DNA of 58,493 bases, the filler included, from Dugesia japonica (taxonomy: Eukaryota), in NCBI GenBank assembly GCA_001938525.1. It is 5 parts of 5 records of this genome, joined end to end, with 100 filler letters (N's around TTAATTAATTAA, not from the genome) between each part and the next. Parts side by side here need not be neighbours in the genome. Positions count along the whole stretch, not along the records: positions 1 to 8,388 come from MQRL01527540.1; positions 8,489 to 16,839 come from MQRL01636553.1; 3 more parts are not named here. The stretch is one strand, 5' to 3'. The notes below the pieces were generated by a model that was not told the DNA's origin, did no database searches, and saw nothing but the letters and a program-made list of their open reading frames with translations. Shown piece by piece: positions 1 to 11,599 of the stretch. The first letter of the stretch is position 1; each line of letters starts with the position of its first letter. A program made the position numbers and the translations under genes.

Positions 1-620
1 GATATTTTCTTTGTTATTAGCGATATTTTCTTTGTTATTAGCGATATTTTCTTCGATATGAACGATATTTTCTTCGATATTAGCAATATTTTCTTCGTTA
101 TTAGCGATATTTTCTTTGTTATTAGCGATATTTTTTTCGATATGAACGATATTTTCTTTGTTATTAGCGATATTTTCTTCGATATGAACGATATTTTCAT
201 TGTTATTAGTGATATTTTCTTCGATATGAACGATATTTTCTTCGATATGAACGATATTTTCTTCGATATTAGCAATATTTTCTTCGTTATTAGCTATATT
301 TTCTTTGTTATTAGCGATATTTTCTTCGATATGAACGATATTTTCTTCGTTATTAGCGATATTTTCTTTGTTATTAGCGATATTTTCTTCGATATGAACG
401 ATATTTTCTTTGTTATTAGCGANNNNNNNNNNNNNNNNNNNNNNNNNNNNNNNNNNNNNNNNNNNNNNNNNNTCGATATGAACGATATTTTCTTTGTTAT
501 TAGCGATATTTTCTTTGTTATTAGCGATATTTTCTTCGATATGAACAATACTTTTTTATTGCCAACAATTCTTTCTTCTTTGATGGCAATACTTCCGCTG
601 TTTACAATTTTTTTGGACAA
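1..620. repeat. 21-bp tandem repeat array (units GATATTTTCTTTGTTATTAGC / GATATTTTCTTCGATATGAAC); the minus strand reads as heptads IANNKEN/IVHIEEN
   Basis: Two alternating 21-mers are directly visible from 1 to ~545 and degenerate to ~620. A diverged short copy lies at ~2975-3070. Confidence 0.95.
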
Positions 621-3095
621 AAAGTCGATTCCTGAAGAAAACAAAGTCGAAATATAGAATTATATCCAAAATCCTAAAAAATCAAATTTTGATCGAAGCT
701 TTCATTTTAAATGAATTCTATAAAACGATCAATGGTTATGTCCAACAATTATTCTCGCAATAATTGCAATTGTAAAACAATACTTTCTTGGTTAACAATA
801 CTTTCATCAGAACAACATCACTTAACACGGAAAACACTAGGAAAAGGCTACATTTCTACACTACATAGAAAAAAACACGAAGAATTACTAATAAAAGAAG
901 ACAATCCTAAAATCAATATTGTAATTTATTATAATTAAATTTTGAAAAAAATTTAATTAACCAATTAAAATTTAGTAAAAATAAAATAAATTAAAGAAAA
1001 TTACTATTGTAAAAATGAATATTGAATGAATCAAAAAGAAAAAGACAAAGTCGAAATATAGAATTATTACCAAAAACCAAAAAAACAAATTTTGATCGAA
1101 GCTGTTATATTAAACGATTTCTGGAAAACGATCAATGGTTACGTCCAACAATTATTCTCGCAATAATTCTTGTAGTTGTAAAACTTTTATATCCATGTGG
1201 ATTTTTGAGATATAATATAACTAATTATCAAATTATCAATGATGAAACATTTAGAAAAACCCTGCAATAGTAATTAAACGCCAATATTGGAATTGAGTAT
1301 AAAATAAAACGGTAATATTGTGAAAGATTTTCGCAATAAAAAATTCATTTGAAATATTTTATCGAGGAAATTTAGTTTTTATGCGAAAGCAACATTTGCA
1401 ATTAATTTGTGAAACACAAACATACAATTTCACCAGAACAACATCACTTAACATGGGAAACACTAGGAAAGGCTACATTTCTACACTAGATAGAGAAAAA
1501 CACGAAGAATTACTAATTAAAGAAGACAATCCTTAAATCAATGTTGTCATTTATAATAATTAAATTTTAAATTAAATTCAGCCAGAAAATTGGAATCATT
1601 AAAGGTGAAAGAATTCGAGCTGAGAGACTATTTTCAAATGAAGAAATGAAATTAATTTCTCTCAAGTTGATAAAAAATAAATTCTCAAATAACGGCTATC
1701 CAAATAAAATTATATCGAAATATAATTTATCTTTGAATACAAAAAAATAATCCAAAAACAAACACATTTATTAAATGATCTCATTTTATTAATGAGAAAT
1801 GTAGCCAAATCATGCAAAATATAAAAAATTCTAAACTCAAACACAATTCAATAAGAATTATATTCAAAACGCAAGAGTCTTTGGACATCCAATTACAGAA
1901 ACCAAGACAAAACTTTTGTGGTAGAGATCCAATATACAATAAGAAAAATGTCACTTATAAAATAACATGCACTATTTGCCAAGAAACATATATAGGAGAA
2001 ACATGCAGAACCATCCGAACAAGAATTAAGGAACATGTGTAACAAAAAGAAAGTGAAGTCTTCAAACACTTTCAACACGAACATAAAATTTCATCAGAAC
2101 AACATCACTTAACATGGGAAACACTAGGAAAAGGCTACATTTCTACACTAGATAGAGAAAAACACGAAGAATTACTAATTAAAGAATTCGAGCTGAGAGA
2201 CTATTTTCAAATGAAGAAATGAAATTAATTTCTCTCAAGTTGATAAAAAATAAANNNNNNNNNNNNNNNNNNNNNNNNNNNNNNNNNNNNNNNNNNNNNN
2301 NNNNAGAATTATATTCAAAACGCAAGAGTCTTTGGGCATCCAGTTACAGAAACCAAGACAACTGTTGTGGTAGAGATGTAATATACAATAAGAAAAATGT
2401 CGCTTTATGAATGCTTTATGCTACATGCCCTATTTTCCAAGAATCATATATAGGAGAAACATGCAGAACCATCCGAACAAGAATTAAGGAACATGTGTAA
2501 CAAAAAGAAAGTGAAGTCTTCAAACACTTTCAACACAAAGATAAAATTTCATCAGAACAACATCACTTAAAACGGAAAACACTAGAAATAGGCTACATTT
2601 CTACACTACATAGAAAAGACCACGAAGAATTACTAATAAAAGAAGACAATCCTAAAATCAATATTGTAATTTATTATAATTAAATTTTAAAAAATTTAAA
2701 TTAACCAATTAAAATTTAGTAAAAATAAATTAAAGAAAATTACTATTGTAAAAATAAATATTGAATGAATCAAAAAAACAAAGATGAAGTCGAAATATAG
2801 AATTATTACAAAAAAACAAATTTTGATCGAAGCTTTTATTTTTAATGAATTCTGAAAAACGATCAATGGTTACGTTCAATAATTATCCTCGCATAATTGC
2901 AATTTTAAATCACTAATTTTTATCGATAATTTTTTTCTTTGATTATTATAATTTATATTAATAATATATATATTATTAGCGATATTTTCTTCGATATGAA
3001 CAATACTTTTTTGTTTTCAACAATATCTTCTTTGATAACAATACTTTCGTTGTTAACAATACTTTTGGACAAAAACTCAATTACTGAAGAAGATA
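620..3095 (+). mobile_element. Tandem, fragmented Penelope-like retroelement (PLE) copies: RT thumb, GIY-YIG endonuclease and pseudo-LTR repeats
   Basis: 1812-2042 encodes NVTYKITCTICQETYIGETCRTIRTRIKEH (GIY-YIG core). 1580-1710 encodes KIGIIKGERIRAERLFS...NNGYP (PLE thumb). The endonuclease C-terminus HEELLIKEDNPKIN recurs 3-4 times. Stops and frameshifts are present. Confidence 0.9.
627..661 (+). ncRNA. Minimal type I hammerhead ribozyme motif (PLE-associated), stem II with one mismatch
   Basis: ATTC-CTGAAGA-A-AAC-AAA-GTC-GAAA-TA-TA-GAAT: CUGANGA and GAAA core, stem I ATTC/GAAT, palindromic stem III (ATAT). Confidence 0.7.
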
Positions 3096-3201
3096 TATAT
3101 ATATGTATATATATTATTACACAAATAAAAAATTTTAAAAAATAGATCTTTACCAAAATAAAAACAATATCATGACATTGAGTTATAAAATCGCTAAATT
3201 A

Positions 3202-3549
3202 CCATATTTCCGGGTTATAAGTAGCTTCTGAATACAGATAGAGGGATCTTAAAAATCAGAAAACATTAGATAAGTCGCTTCCAATACAAAATGGATAACA
3301 GAGTTTAATTAATTATCAAAAACATCATTGGCAGGAAAACAGTTGAAATTTTTATCCTCCGTGTCACTGTTAAAAATATTAACCAAATTTCTGGAAGTTC
3401 GGGACTACTTTTATCAAAAATTATTACAATTTCGTAATGTCATTTAAAAATTAATAGATAAGTCGTACGCAAAAGTCATTCAAAAATTTATTGGATAAGT
3501 CTNTCATGTGTATAAGATGCAGTAGCGACTTATAATCCGGAAATTACGG
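3202..3549. mobile_element. Tc1/mariner (Tc2/pogo-like) MITE
   Basis: Inverted termini CCATATTTCCGGGTTATAAGTAGCT ... AGCGACTTATAATCCGGAAATTACGG, flanked by TA on both sides. Confidence 0.8.
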
Positions 3550-5789
3550 TAAAGAAATTAATTCCTAAATAATAAATGTAACAGATATGAATTTATTATC
3601 GTTATTCTTGTATTAAAACAGTTTTTTCGATCAACAAAATAATTGTACATAAATTTTGAATTCGAATTTCAATTTCCGATTAACCTTTAAATTCAATTAA
3701 TGATCGTCGTTGCATAGATAAAATAGGAAGTGGTTCGTTTATAAAATTATATTCTTAGATCCTAATGAATTTGATATTATGTTTTATTTTGAATTCTTAG
3801 TATTATTGTAAAACAAAATATTCTTCTGTAAACAATCTATAAGAATTCCAATAATTGAGATCCTAATTATATTCAATAATATCAACATACCTATTATTTT
3901 ATTTTTATATGAAAAGTGTGTACAGTTTTTATGGTATTATTTTTTATTAATTTACTCAGGCTTTGCAATTAGAATGTTACAATGATTATTTAAGTTTTTG
4001 AATACATACCGTTTTTATTAATATCTATTTTAGCTACAATGTAAGCTTGTGTGTTAATTAATAGTCATTGTTGTATTCACTTAAACATAAAATAATATTC
4101 TGTTGAACTTAATGATTTTTTGATAAATGGAAATTTTTTCCGGTAAAAGTTTTTTTTTCATTTTCATTATAAAAGTTTTCAAAAATATTGTCTTGAAAAA
4201 TTTTTACTTAAATATTTTGTCGTACTATTTGTTACCATTCTTTAAACAAAGAGATTTAATCGGAAGTAATGTTTATTTATATATAAATAAGCAGTAAAAC
4301 GTATGACTACAAATAATGTTTCAAATATGTGTAAATACATATTAAATTATTGTCATATTTGAAATGGTAGGTTATGATACTAAGTGATACTTCAGTGGTT
4401 AATATTCAAATCTATATCAGTTAACCAGAAACACTATGTACCACGATAATTAAATTGAAATGGTTATGGAGCCAAAGTTAATTTGTCAAAAGTTGCATTG
4501 AATTACTGTAGTGGTGCCGTAAAAGAATAAATAATTATTATACATTTTATTCATCAATCACTTCTGGAGTATCTTGATTATTTTCTTGGAAATACTGGAA
4601 AATAAGAAATGCTCAAACTTAATCGCACTTTCTGTATATGTCATGGCGCGACAAATTTAAATAAAACTTCTGTTTTTTATAATCTTACTATGATGGGCTC
4701 TGTAAGAATCTCAGCCAATTTACTTTGGCTCATAAAATTACGAGAATCTTATTAATACACATCAATATCAATGTTTATAAGCTTTTTACCTTCACTCAAA
4801 TCTTATATTATCAAACATGAATCACACTGAAATTCCTGTATTGATTTTATTATAACATGATGGTATTGTCTTCAGAAATACAATAATTTCGTCCATTAGC
4901 AGTGCTTTTGAATTCATTTTGCAATTATCACATGAAAAAAGGAAATAACATTAACTATTCTTCTAAAAAAAGATATAATGAAAGACCATACCTCAGAATT
5001 TAATCAAGAAGTACAACACATTCATTGTAAATAATCAAATATAATAATTGTCAAAGATAAAACTGAGTTTCGTTTTATCTACGTCTTATTATTTCATTAA
5101 ATAGCATTTCTTCGATAACATCGAATATATTTGCAGACTTTTCTAACAGTTTTTTAGTCATTTGGGTTTTTATTTCTCAATTTTAAAATCATTTTTGAAA
5201 CATAATTTAGTAATGTTTATAAATATTTCTTCAGTCTAAATACTCCCATGAATAATATCAGATGTTGTCATTCATAGGCGCTAGAATTCCCTTTTAATAC
5301 TATTTTGAATATTATCAGTTTTTTATTTTTCATACTATTAAGTAATTTTATTAAACAACCATATTTAAATACCATTCTACAACGACTAGAATTTTTTGAA
5401 TAGGCATTAATCATTTTCCGTTATTAATGTACTAATTAAAATTTTCAGTCTGGTAACATTGTAGTCATTTAATGGAAAAGTTAAAATACAAAAATATTTT
5501 ATTTTCATTATTTATGAACTTTGATAGGAGCATATATAAAATGCGCGTCTAAAATTGACCTATTTTAAAATAAATATTAAAATTAAACAATTTCTCTGAT
5601 TTATTTTAAATAAATCAAGAANACATCAAAATCAAATTCCATTATGTTGTCTCTAAACATTCATTTATTAATTTGCACAATAATTTCACAAGGCTCAAGT
5701 AAAGAACTACTTCCAATTGATTTAATTGTTTTTTTCAGTTATGTTGCTATTTTAAAATTGAATGATAACATCTTATGCTAGTTTTACAA

Positions 5790-6010
5790 TTACAATTATT
5801 ACGAGAATAATTGTTGGATCGTTTTGGAGATTTCATTAAAATAAAGCTTCGATCAATTTTATTTTTTTGTNTTTAATAATAATTCTAATTTTCGACTTTG
5901 TCTTCGTAAGGAATTGAAAAAGTCTATTCCTGGCGAATACAAAGTTGAAAATTAGAATTATTATCAAAAACAAAAAATAAAATTGATAGAAGTTTTATTT
6001 TAAAGAAATC
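5790..6010. repeat. Head-to-head inverted pair of PLE pseudo-LTR/hammerhead units (degenerate cores)
   Basis: 5881-5915 (minus) reads AATTC-CTTACGA-AGACAAAGTC-GAAA-ATTA-GAATT. 5925-5960 (plus) reads ATTC-CTGGCGA-ATACAAAGTT-GAAA-ATTA-GAATT. Each is followed by the same downstream sequence seen at 660-780. Confidence 0.75.
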
Positions 6011-8099
6011 TGTATTAGCTCGTTAAAAATCATTTAATATTTTAAAAAAAACATGTTTTATATGTCGTTATGTAAAATACACCTCGATATTTTTACCTAA
6101 CATCGTTTTTATAATTTTCAATTCATTTTTGTTAAACTTTTGATAGGAAATTGTGTTTTTTTGGATAATAAAATAAAAACATGGATTAATGTTATATTCA
6201 ATTTACAATACAAATATTGGAATAAGGAGGTATAAGTCTATTGTAGAATATTTGAAGTCTGTTTTTCAAAAATATAATATAGAAAACTGACATAGAATCT
6301 TGCTGATTGGTTCTGATTAAATTGATATCTATCGTTGTATGAATACTAATACATGTGATAAAACAATAAACAAAATCGTAAAAGTCTTAAATGACCTCTA
6401 GCAATCCAATATTTTGTGTAGTGTTCGTTGAAATAAATCTTAGATTTCTCTTTATTTTCTTTCTTTTTCTTTGTCCTTTATTTAAAAATCTATTTTAATA
6501 TCTTGTGTAAAAACGTTTCAAATATTAGCCGTTATATAAAAACAATATTTAATTTCAAATCATTTGGAAAATGACATTAAATTTTCATCATCTATCAAAA
6601 GTAAATAGTTTAGAATATTATTTTTATACAAAACTTTTCTGTCATTATGATTTGTTGACTGAATTACTACCGTTACATATTATGACCAAAAAAATATTTC
6701 AAAATTTTCATTAACTANATTTATTTGTCTCACTTCGGAATGAGACAGTGCGTTATTTAGTGAAAAATGGTTTTCCCTATTCTTTGAACTTTAGATCTTG
6801 AATGTTTTCATTTGCACACTCATCCAATCAATATTTTATAATATTCAACAAAGTCGAAGACATGACACATTTTTGAAACTTTTAGATTATATATATTTTA
6901 TATATATATATTATATAATTATTGGATTCAAAAGATTATTTACAGTGACAAAATTTAATTTCTACTTAATTTAATATATATGCTAAGGTTACAATTTTTT
7001 GGTGTTAAAGACAAATATGATTTTTTTTATTAAATTTTAAATTGCATGAATGCATCCTTTTAACATTACTAAATTCACAATAAAATATTATGCATTTAAT
7101 GAATCGCATAAAAAATATAAAATTTCATATGATTTAGTTTGATATTTTTAATACTTTTTTGTTAATTTGAGTTTGGTTATGATGGAGTTATTTTTAGTAA
7201 AATACTAGAATCAGCCTGAGATGTAATACTTTATTTTTCACCGGCCTTTAACCCGATCTTTTTTATTAACTGAATTCTGAATCGTAAAATACTGATTTCA
7301 TAATTTGAATTCATTTTTATTTAATATTAAAATTTATAGGCATGTTATTTTGAAAATATTTTATTTACAGTAAAATGCAAGTTATTATTTGCACTCTGGT
7401 CTCATTTTAAAATGTGTAAATTTATGATTAAACCAGTTGACTTTATACGATCAATTATTGCTCATCAATATAGTTACTATCTTACATGCTTAATTTTTGA
7501 AGAATTTTTGTTTCTTTTAGATTTACAAATATTTATTAGCCGGTGCTGATTAAACAATTTATTTGTTTTAACATCATTTTTCAAAATAAAACCAATTTAA
7601 TTGTTTTCATATTTTTAGATTTGTCATCTACATTCTCATAATTCTAACTTGACCGAAATTTTTGGACTGTTAATTTCCTTAACAATAATTTCGACAATAA
7701 AATTATTTTAAGTTACTTCTGCTTTCCTTTTTTACATTTGGCTTTCATCAATTCCCATTGCGTTTCTCAATTTCTTAGAAATTCGTTATAAATTTTCAAA
7801 ACCTTCATTGTAATAGTTTAGTTATTATTATATTTTCGTACTCTTTCATAGGTAAACAATTTTATTATAATTGACTAGTACAATGCTCCTATTCAAAAAA
7901 TTAAGTATTTATATTAGAGAAAATATACTTTTTATTAAAACAAACAAATTATTAAAAAATTTAAACAATAAAAAATCAGTTAAAAATTTCATTGAAAACT
8001 ATATTTTTTGTCAAGAATTATTTTTTGATTTTAACTTTCACTTTTAAACTGAAATAACTCGCAAACAACTTTATTAATTAAAATAGCAATAATTACAAT

Positions 8100-8388
8100 C
8101 AGTACATGCTTGCAACAGAAAACAAGTTTTCTAATTCCAGTCGTATAGAAATCCTCTTTTCTGGATTCGATAAAGTCACGGAAGGCATTTTCGACAGAAC
8201 CTTTGGTTTTTAAAGATTTCCATCTTGGAAAACAGCATGATATTTAAAAAGTAATAGTCAGAATGGGAGATATCCGGCGAGTATGGATGATGAAGCAAAA
8301 TTTCGTGGCTTAAGTCATGTAACCTTCATATTGTTATTTGTACAGCATGTGGCCGAGCATTGTCATGAAGAGCAGTTAGACGTTTTCT
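8100..8388 (-). mobile_element. Mariner transposase C-terminal remnant
   Basis: Minus strand reads LHDNARPHAVQ...HEILLHHPYSPDISHSDYYF (mariner HDNARPH and YSPDLAPxD motifs). Truncated by the contig end. Confidence 0.9.
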
Positions 8389-8488
8389 NNNNNNNNNNNN
8401 NNNNNNNNNNNNNNNNNNNNNNNNNNNNNNNNTTAATTAATTAANNNNNNNNNNNNNNNNNNNNNNNNNNNNNNNNNNNNNNNNNNNN
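8389..8488. other. Artificial contig linker N44-TTAATTAATTAA-N44 (also at 16840-16939, 28822-28921, 49041-49140)
   Basis: The identical 100-bp structure occurs four times; the 12-mer puts stops in all six frames. Confidence 0.95.
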
Positions 8489-8752
8489 AAAATATTATCG
8501 TTTAATATTGATTTTATACAACTAATTTAAAATTGGCTTCTATCGCCACAGTAAACGAACCCGAATAACATGCAGTTGGTGCAATCATGCACTCTTAACG
8601 TCGGGTAAGAGTCACTGGGGCTGCCATCAACATACTCAAGGGCAAGTATTTAAATCCCAGTTTGAGGGTTGTGAGTGATATATTTTTTGAGCCATATCAC
8701 CCATGACCCCAACACAAACAAGGAATTTTTATTTTTTTTAGTTCTTTATTGT

Positions 8753-8788
8753 ATTTCGAATTTTCGACTTCGTCTTCATCAGGAATTG
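8753..8788 (-). ncRNA. Minimal hammerhead ribozyme motif with an intact catalytic core
   Basis: Reverse complement reads AATTC-CTGATGA-A-GAC-GAA-GTC-GAAA-AT-TC-GAAAT: perfect stem II, palindromic stem III AATT, UC cleavage site, stem I with one mismatch. Confidence 0.75.
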
Positions 8789-8789
8789 G

Positions 8790-9240
8790 CTTTTTTGATT
8801 TATTCACGATTTATTTTTTACTATAGAAATATTTTATTGAATTTCAATTGATTGATTTTAATTTATTAATTTTAATTATTTGATTATTATAAATTACATT
8901 GATTTTAGGTTTATCTTCTTTAATTAGTAATTCTTCGTGTTTTTCCTGTGAATAGGAGAAAAATAGTCTGTTCCTAGTGCTATATGATGTTCTTGTGAAA
9001 TTTTGTTTGTGTTGAAAATAGTTTGAAGACTTTACTTTCTTTTTGTTTTAAATGTTCCTTAATTCTTGTTCGAATGGTTCTACATGTTTCTCATTTACAT
9101 AAGATACTTTTTTTTTATAAGTGACATTTGTCTTATTGCATATGTTTCTACCATCACAAATGCATTCGGGATCACAAAAGGTTTGACGTAGTTTCTGAAA
9201 TTGGGTGCCCAAAGGTGCTTGAGTTTTGAATATTATTTAT
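8790..9240 (-). mobile_element. Penelope-like element 3' fragment (Cys-rich linker plus GIY-YIG endonuclease)
   Basis: Minus strand reads QKLRQTFCDPECICDGRNICNKTNVTY ... ETCRTIRTRIKEH ... HEELLIKEDKPKIN, homologous to 1812-2660. Confidence 0.85.
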
Positions 9241-10569
9241 CATAAAATACTATCAAGGACTAAAAAAAGAAATTTTGATCGAATCTTTTATTTAAATAAA
9301 ATCTCAAATACAATCAATTATCGCAAAAATTGTAAAAGAAATATTTAACCCGAAAATATAATTGAAACTCAACTGTTTTTCAGAATATATTATTAATTTA
9401 GAATAATAGATAACCAGTTTATTTCTAAGAATACTTGTATTAAGATTGATTGTTAAGCGCAGTGGTAATTAAATAACTTAATCCGAAAACTGAGTAAATA
9501 TAAGCAACCATAATTTGTGCAATCAAATACACACACCAACATATTATGTAGCATAACATTCAGTTGAACTCTCAACGATTTATTAATTACAACTAATACA
9601 AATAATAATATATAATAATATATAATATAAAAAACAAACCTAGAATCCTTTACAAATATTACATAATTTTTTACCCAAAAAGTGTTGATAAAAATTACAG
9701 TAGAATAAATTTTAAAATTTTACAATACTATTAATTTACATATTTTCAAAACGTTTTAGAAAAGTATCAATTTCTTATATTAACATAATTTCGAATTTAA
9801 TTCGTAATATTAATAATCAACTTTATGTATAAGAGTAAGTGTTATTATTATAAATATTTGTTTGTATATGATTTCATTTGAGTATGATTCCATTGAGCAA
9901 CCAATGGAACTCCTCGCAGGTGAATGTTCAAATATAACAAATAACAGGAAAATGTCATGTCAGTCTATCAACGACGCTTGCAGCAATGTGTGAAAACTGA
10001 TGAAAATCTTGTGAACATTAAAAGCCTTGATGAATACATAATATGAAAAATATCTTCACTTTTCCTTACTTTTTATCTACGCGTAATTGAAAATTTAATT
10101 CGGGAGAGATTTATTGAAAACCCTATATATTTATCATTTTAATAATATTCGTAGAAATCAAATAATAATTTTGTGTAGGATGACAAATTTATTGCGATTT
10201 TTTAATGACTAGATTATTCTTAAATTAAAAAAATCTAGTTCTAGCTGAGAAAAAAGTCATTGAGAATATTATGTTTTTCTGTATTGTAAATTATTTCTTA
10301 AATTAATAGTTCAACAAGATTTTATACAAATACTGAATATGTTTTCTAATGAAAAAAAAATACTTTTAATATATCCATTTTAAAGGATGCTATTTTTTAT
10401 AACTTTTATTATTATTATTGTTGGGGTGTGGATGCTAATATTTTAGAATATTTATTTGGTCTAGGTGTCATTGGTTACACCCACCTACGATTTACACGGC
10501 CGTCCTGAAACCGGTCTTTTCGGCTGCGTTGATGACTTCTCCAAGGAGTGCAGACGAGTACTGATTTAC

Positions 10570-11400
10570 ATTATTCGGAGCAAGTGTTATGAACGGTGTT
10601 TATAGTGGTGTCCAAATGAGGATAAAAAGTATTAAACCCAATGCAGAATATGTGGATTGCGCTAGTCATAATTTAAATTTAATTATCAGCAACAGCATTA
10701 TCTATTGCAATGAAGTCTCGTAATTCTTTATTAATATTCAGAATATCTATATATTTTTTGGCATTAGCATAAAAGATGGGATCTTCTTTCTAGATTTTTT
10801 AATGAATCAAAGGTTTCATTAAAATAACTGAATCCTTCTCGCTGGTCAAGTATAGTGTAGGTGATATTAGCAGTGAAGTTTTGTTTCACTAATATAATAA
10901 AAGCATTAGTGAAGTAAATATAAAATCAACAAAAAAGAATAAAAGAAAAGAAGCAACCCGAATAAAAACAAAATGGTGACATGTAATTTTGTATTTATTT
11001 GTGAATTTTCATTTAAAGTGATCAATGAAATAAATTTAGACTCAAAGATATTTCAGAAACAAGATCATACTTCAGACTAAGCCACTTTGATATAAAATTG
11101 TAAATATGAGAATGTTAGAAAATTATTAAATTCATACGCAGAAGCGAAAAAAATGACAAGAAAGTGAGTCAATGATGATTTGGAAAACAAATGTCAAAAT
11201 ACCATCAAACGTCATTCTGATGAGCCAGCATCCGATTACAGATTTAACAGTGAACAACTATTCAGAGTAAACATATTTTATAATATTATTAAAAAAGTAA
11301 CCGTTCAACTTAAAAGTTGCTTTCAATGAATGCAGTTAGTGAAAAACTATTTAACTTTTCTTAACCTCGCAATATTATGAATTCATCATGAGAAAATATT
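10570..11400 (+). mobile_element. Decayed hAT (Tip100/ZMYM-type) transposase
   Basis: GASVMNGVYSGVQMRIKSIKPNAEYVDCASHNLNLII matches the hAT GASxM-G---GVQ...CxxHxLNL motif. A downstream SRWSS-like motif follows. Many stops. Confidence 0.85.
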
Positions 11401-11599
11401 GTAGAAAATTATTTAAAATTAAAAACATTGCTTATTGTATTCCCAAAGTACAAATTAATTTACCTACTTTTCAGCAAAATCATCAATTCTAGTATTATCC
11501 CAAAGCGTAGGGAAATCATATACAGAAAGTTCTTCGAAGAAACTGTAATAATGGGTAATGATTTATTAGGTTCATTACATTGTCAGAAGGCCAATGAAT

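Noticed and set aside
58-657. 199-aa hydrophobic ORF (DIFFVIS repeats) and the 116-aa opposite-strand ORF
   Set aside because: Both are by-products of a 21-bp tandem repeat and span an N gap. If any frame is coding, it is the third, heptad frame.
4350-4960. Possible Sola-like transposase remnant on the minus strand (DNC..., QCDS motifs)
   Set aside because: The motifs are too short and fall in different frames, so no family call can be supported.
8433-8444. Recurrent TTAATTAATTAA palindrome as a biological site (e.g. piggyBac target)
   Set aside because: Always centred in exactly 44+44 Ns, so it is an assembly linker.
10485-10535. SECIS-like or HDV-ribozyme-like fold
   Set aside because: The 5' core is ACGA rather than RUGA, with a bulged helix, and the HDV P1.1/L3 and J4/2 elements could not be placed.
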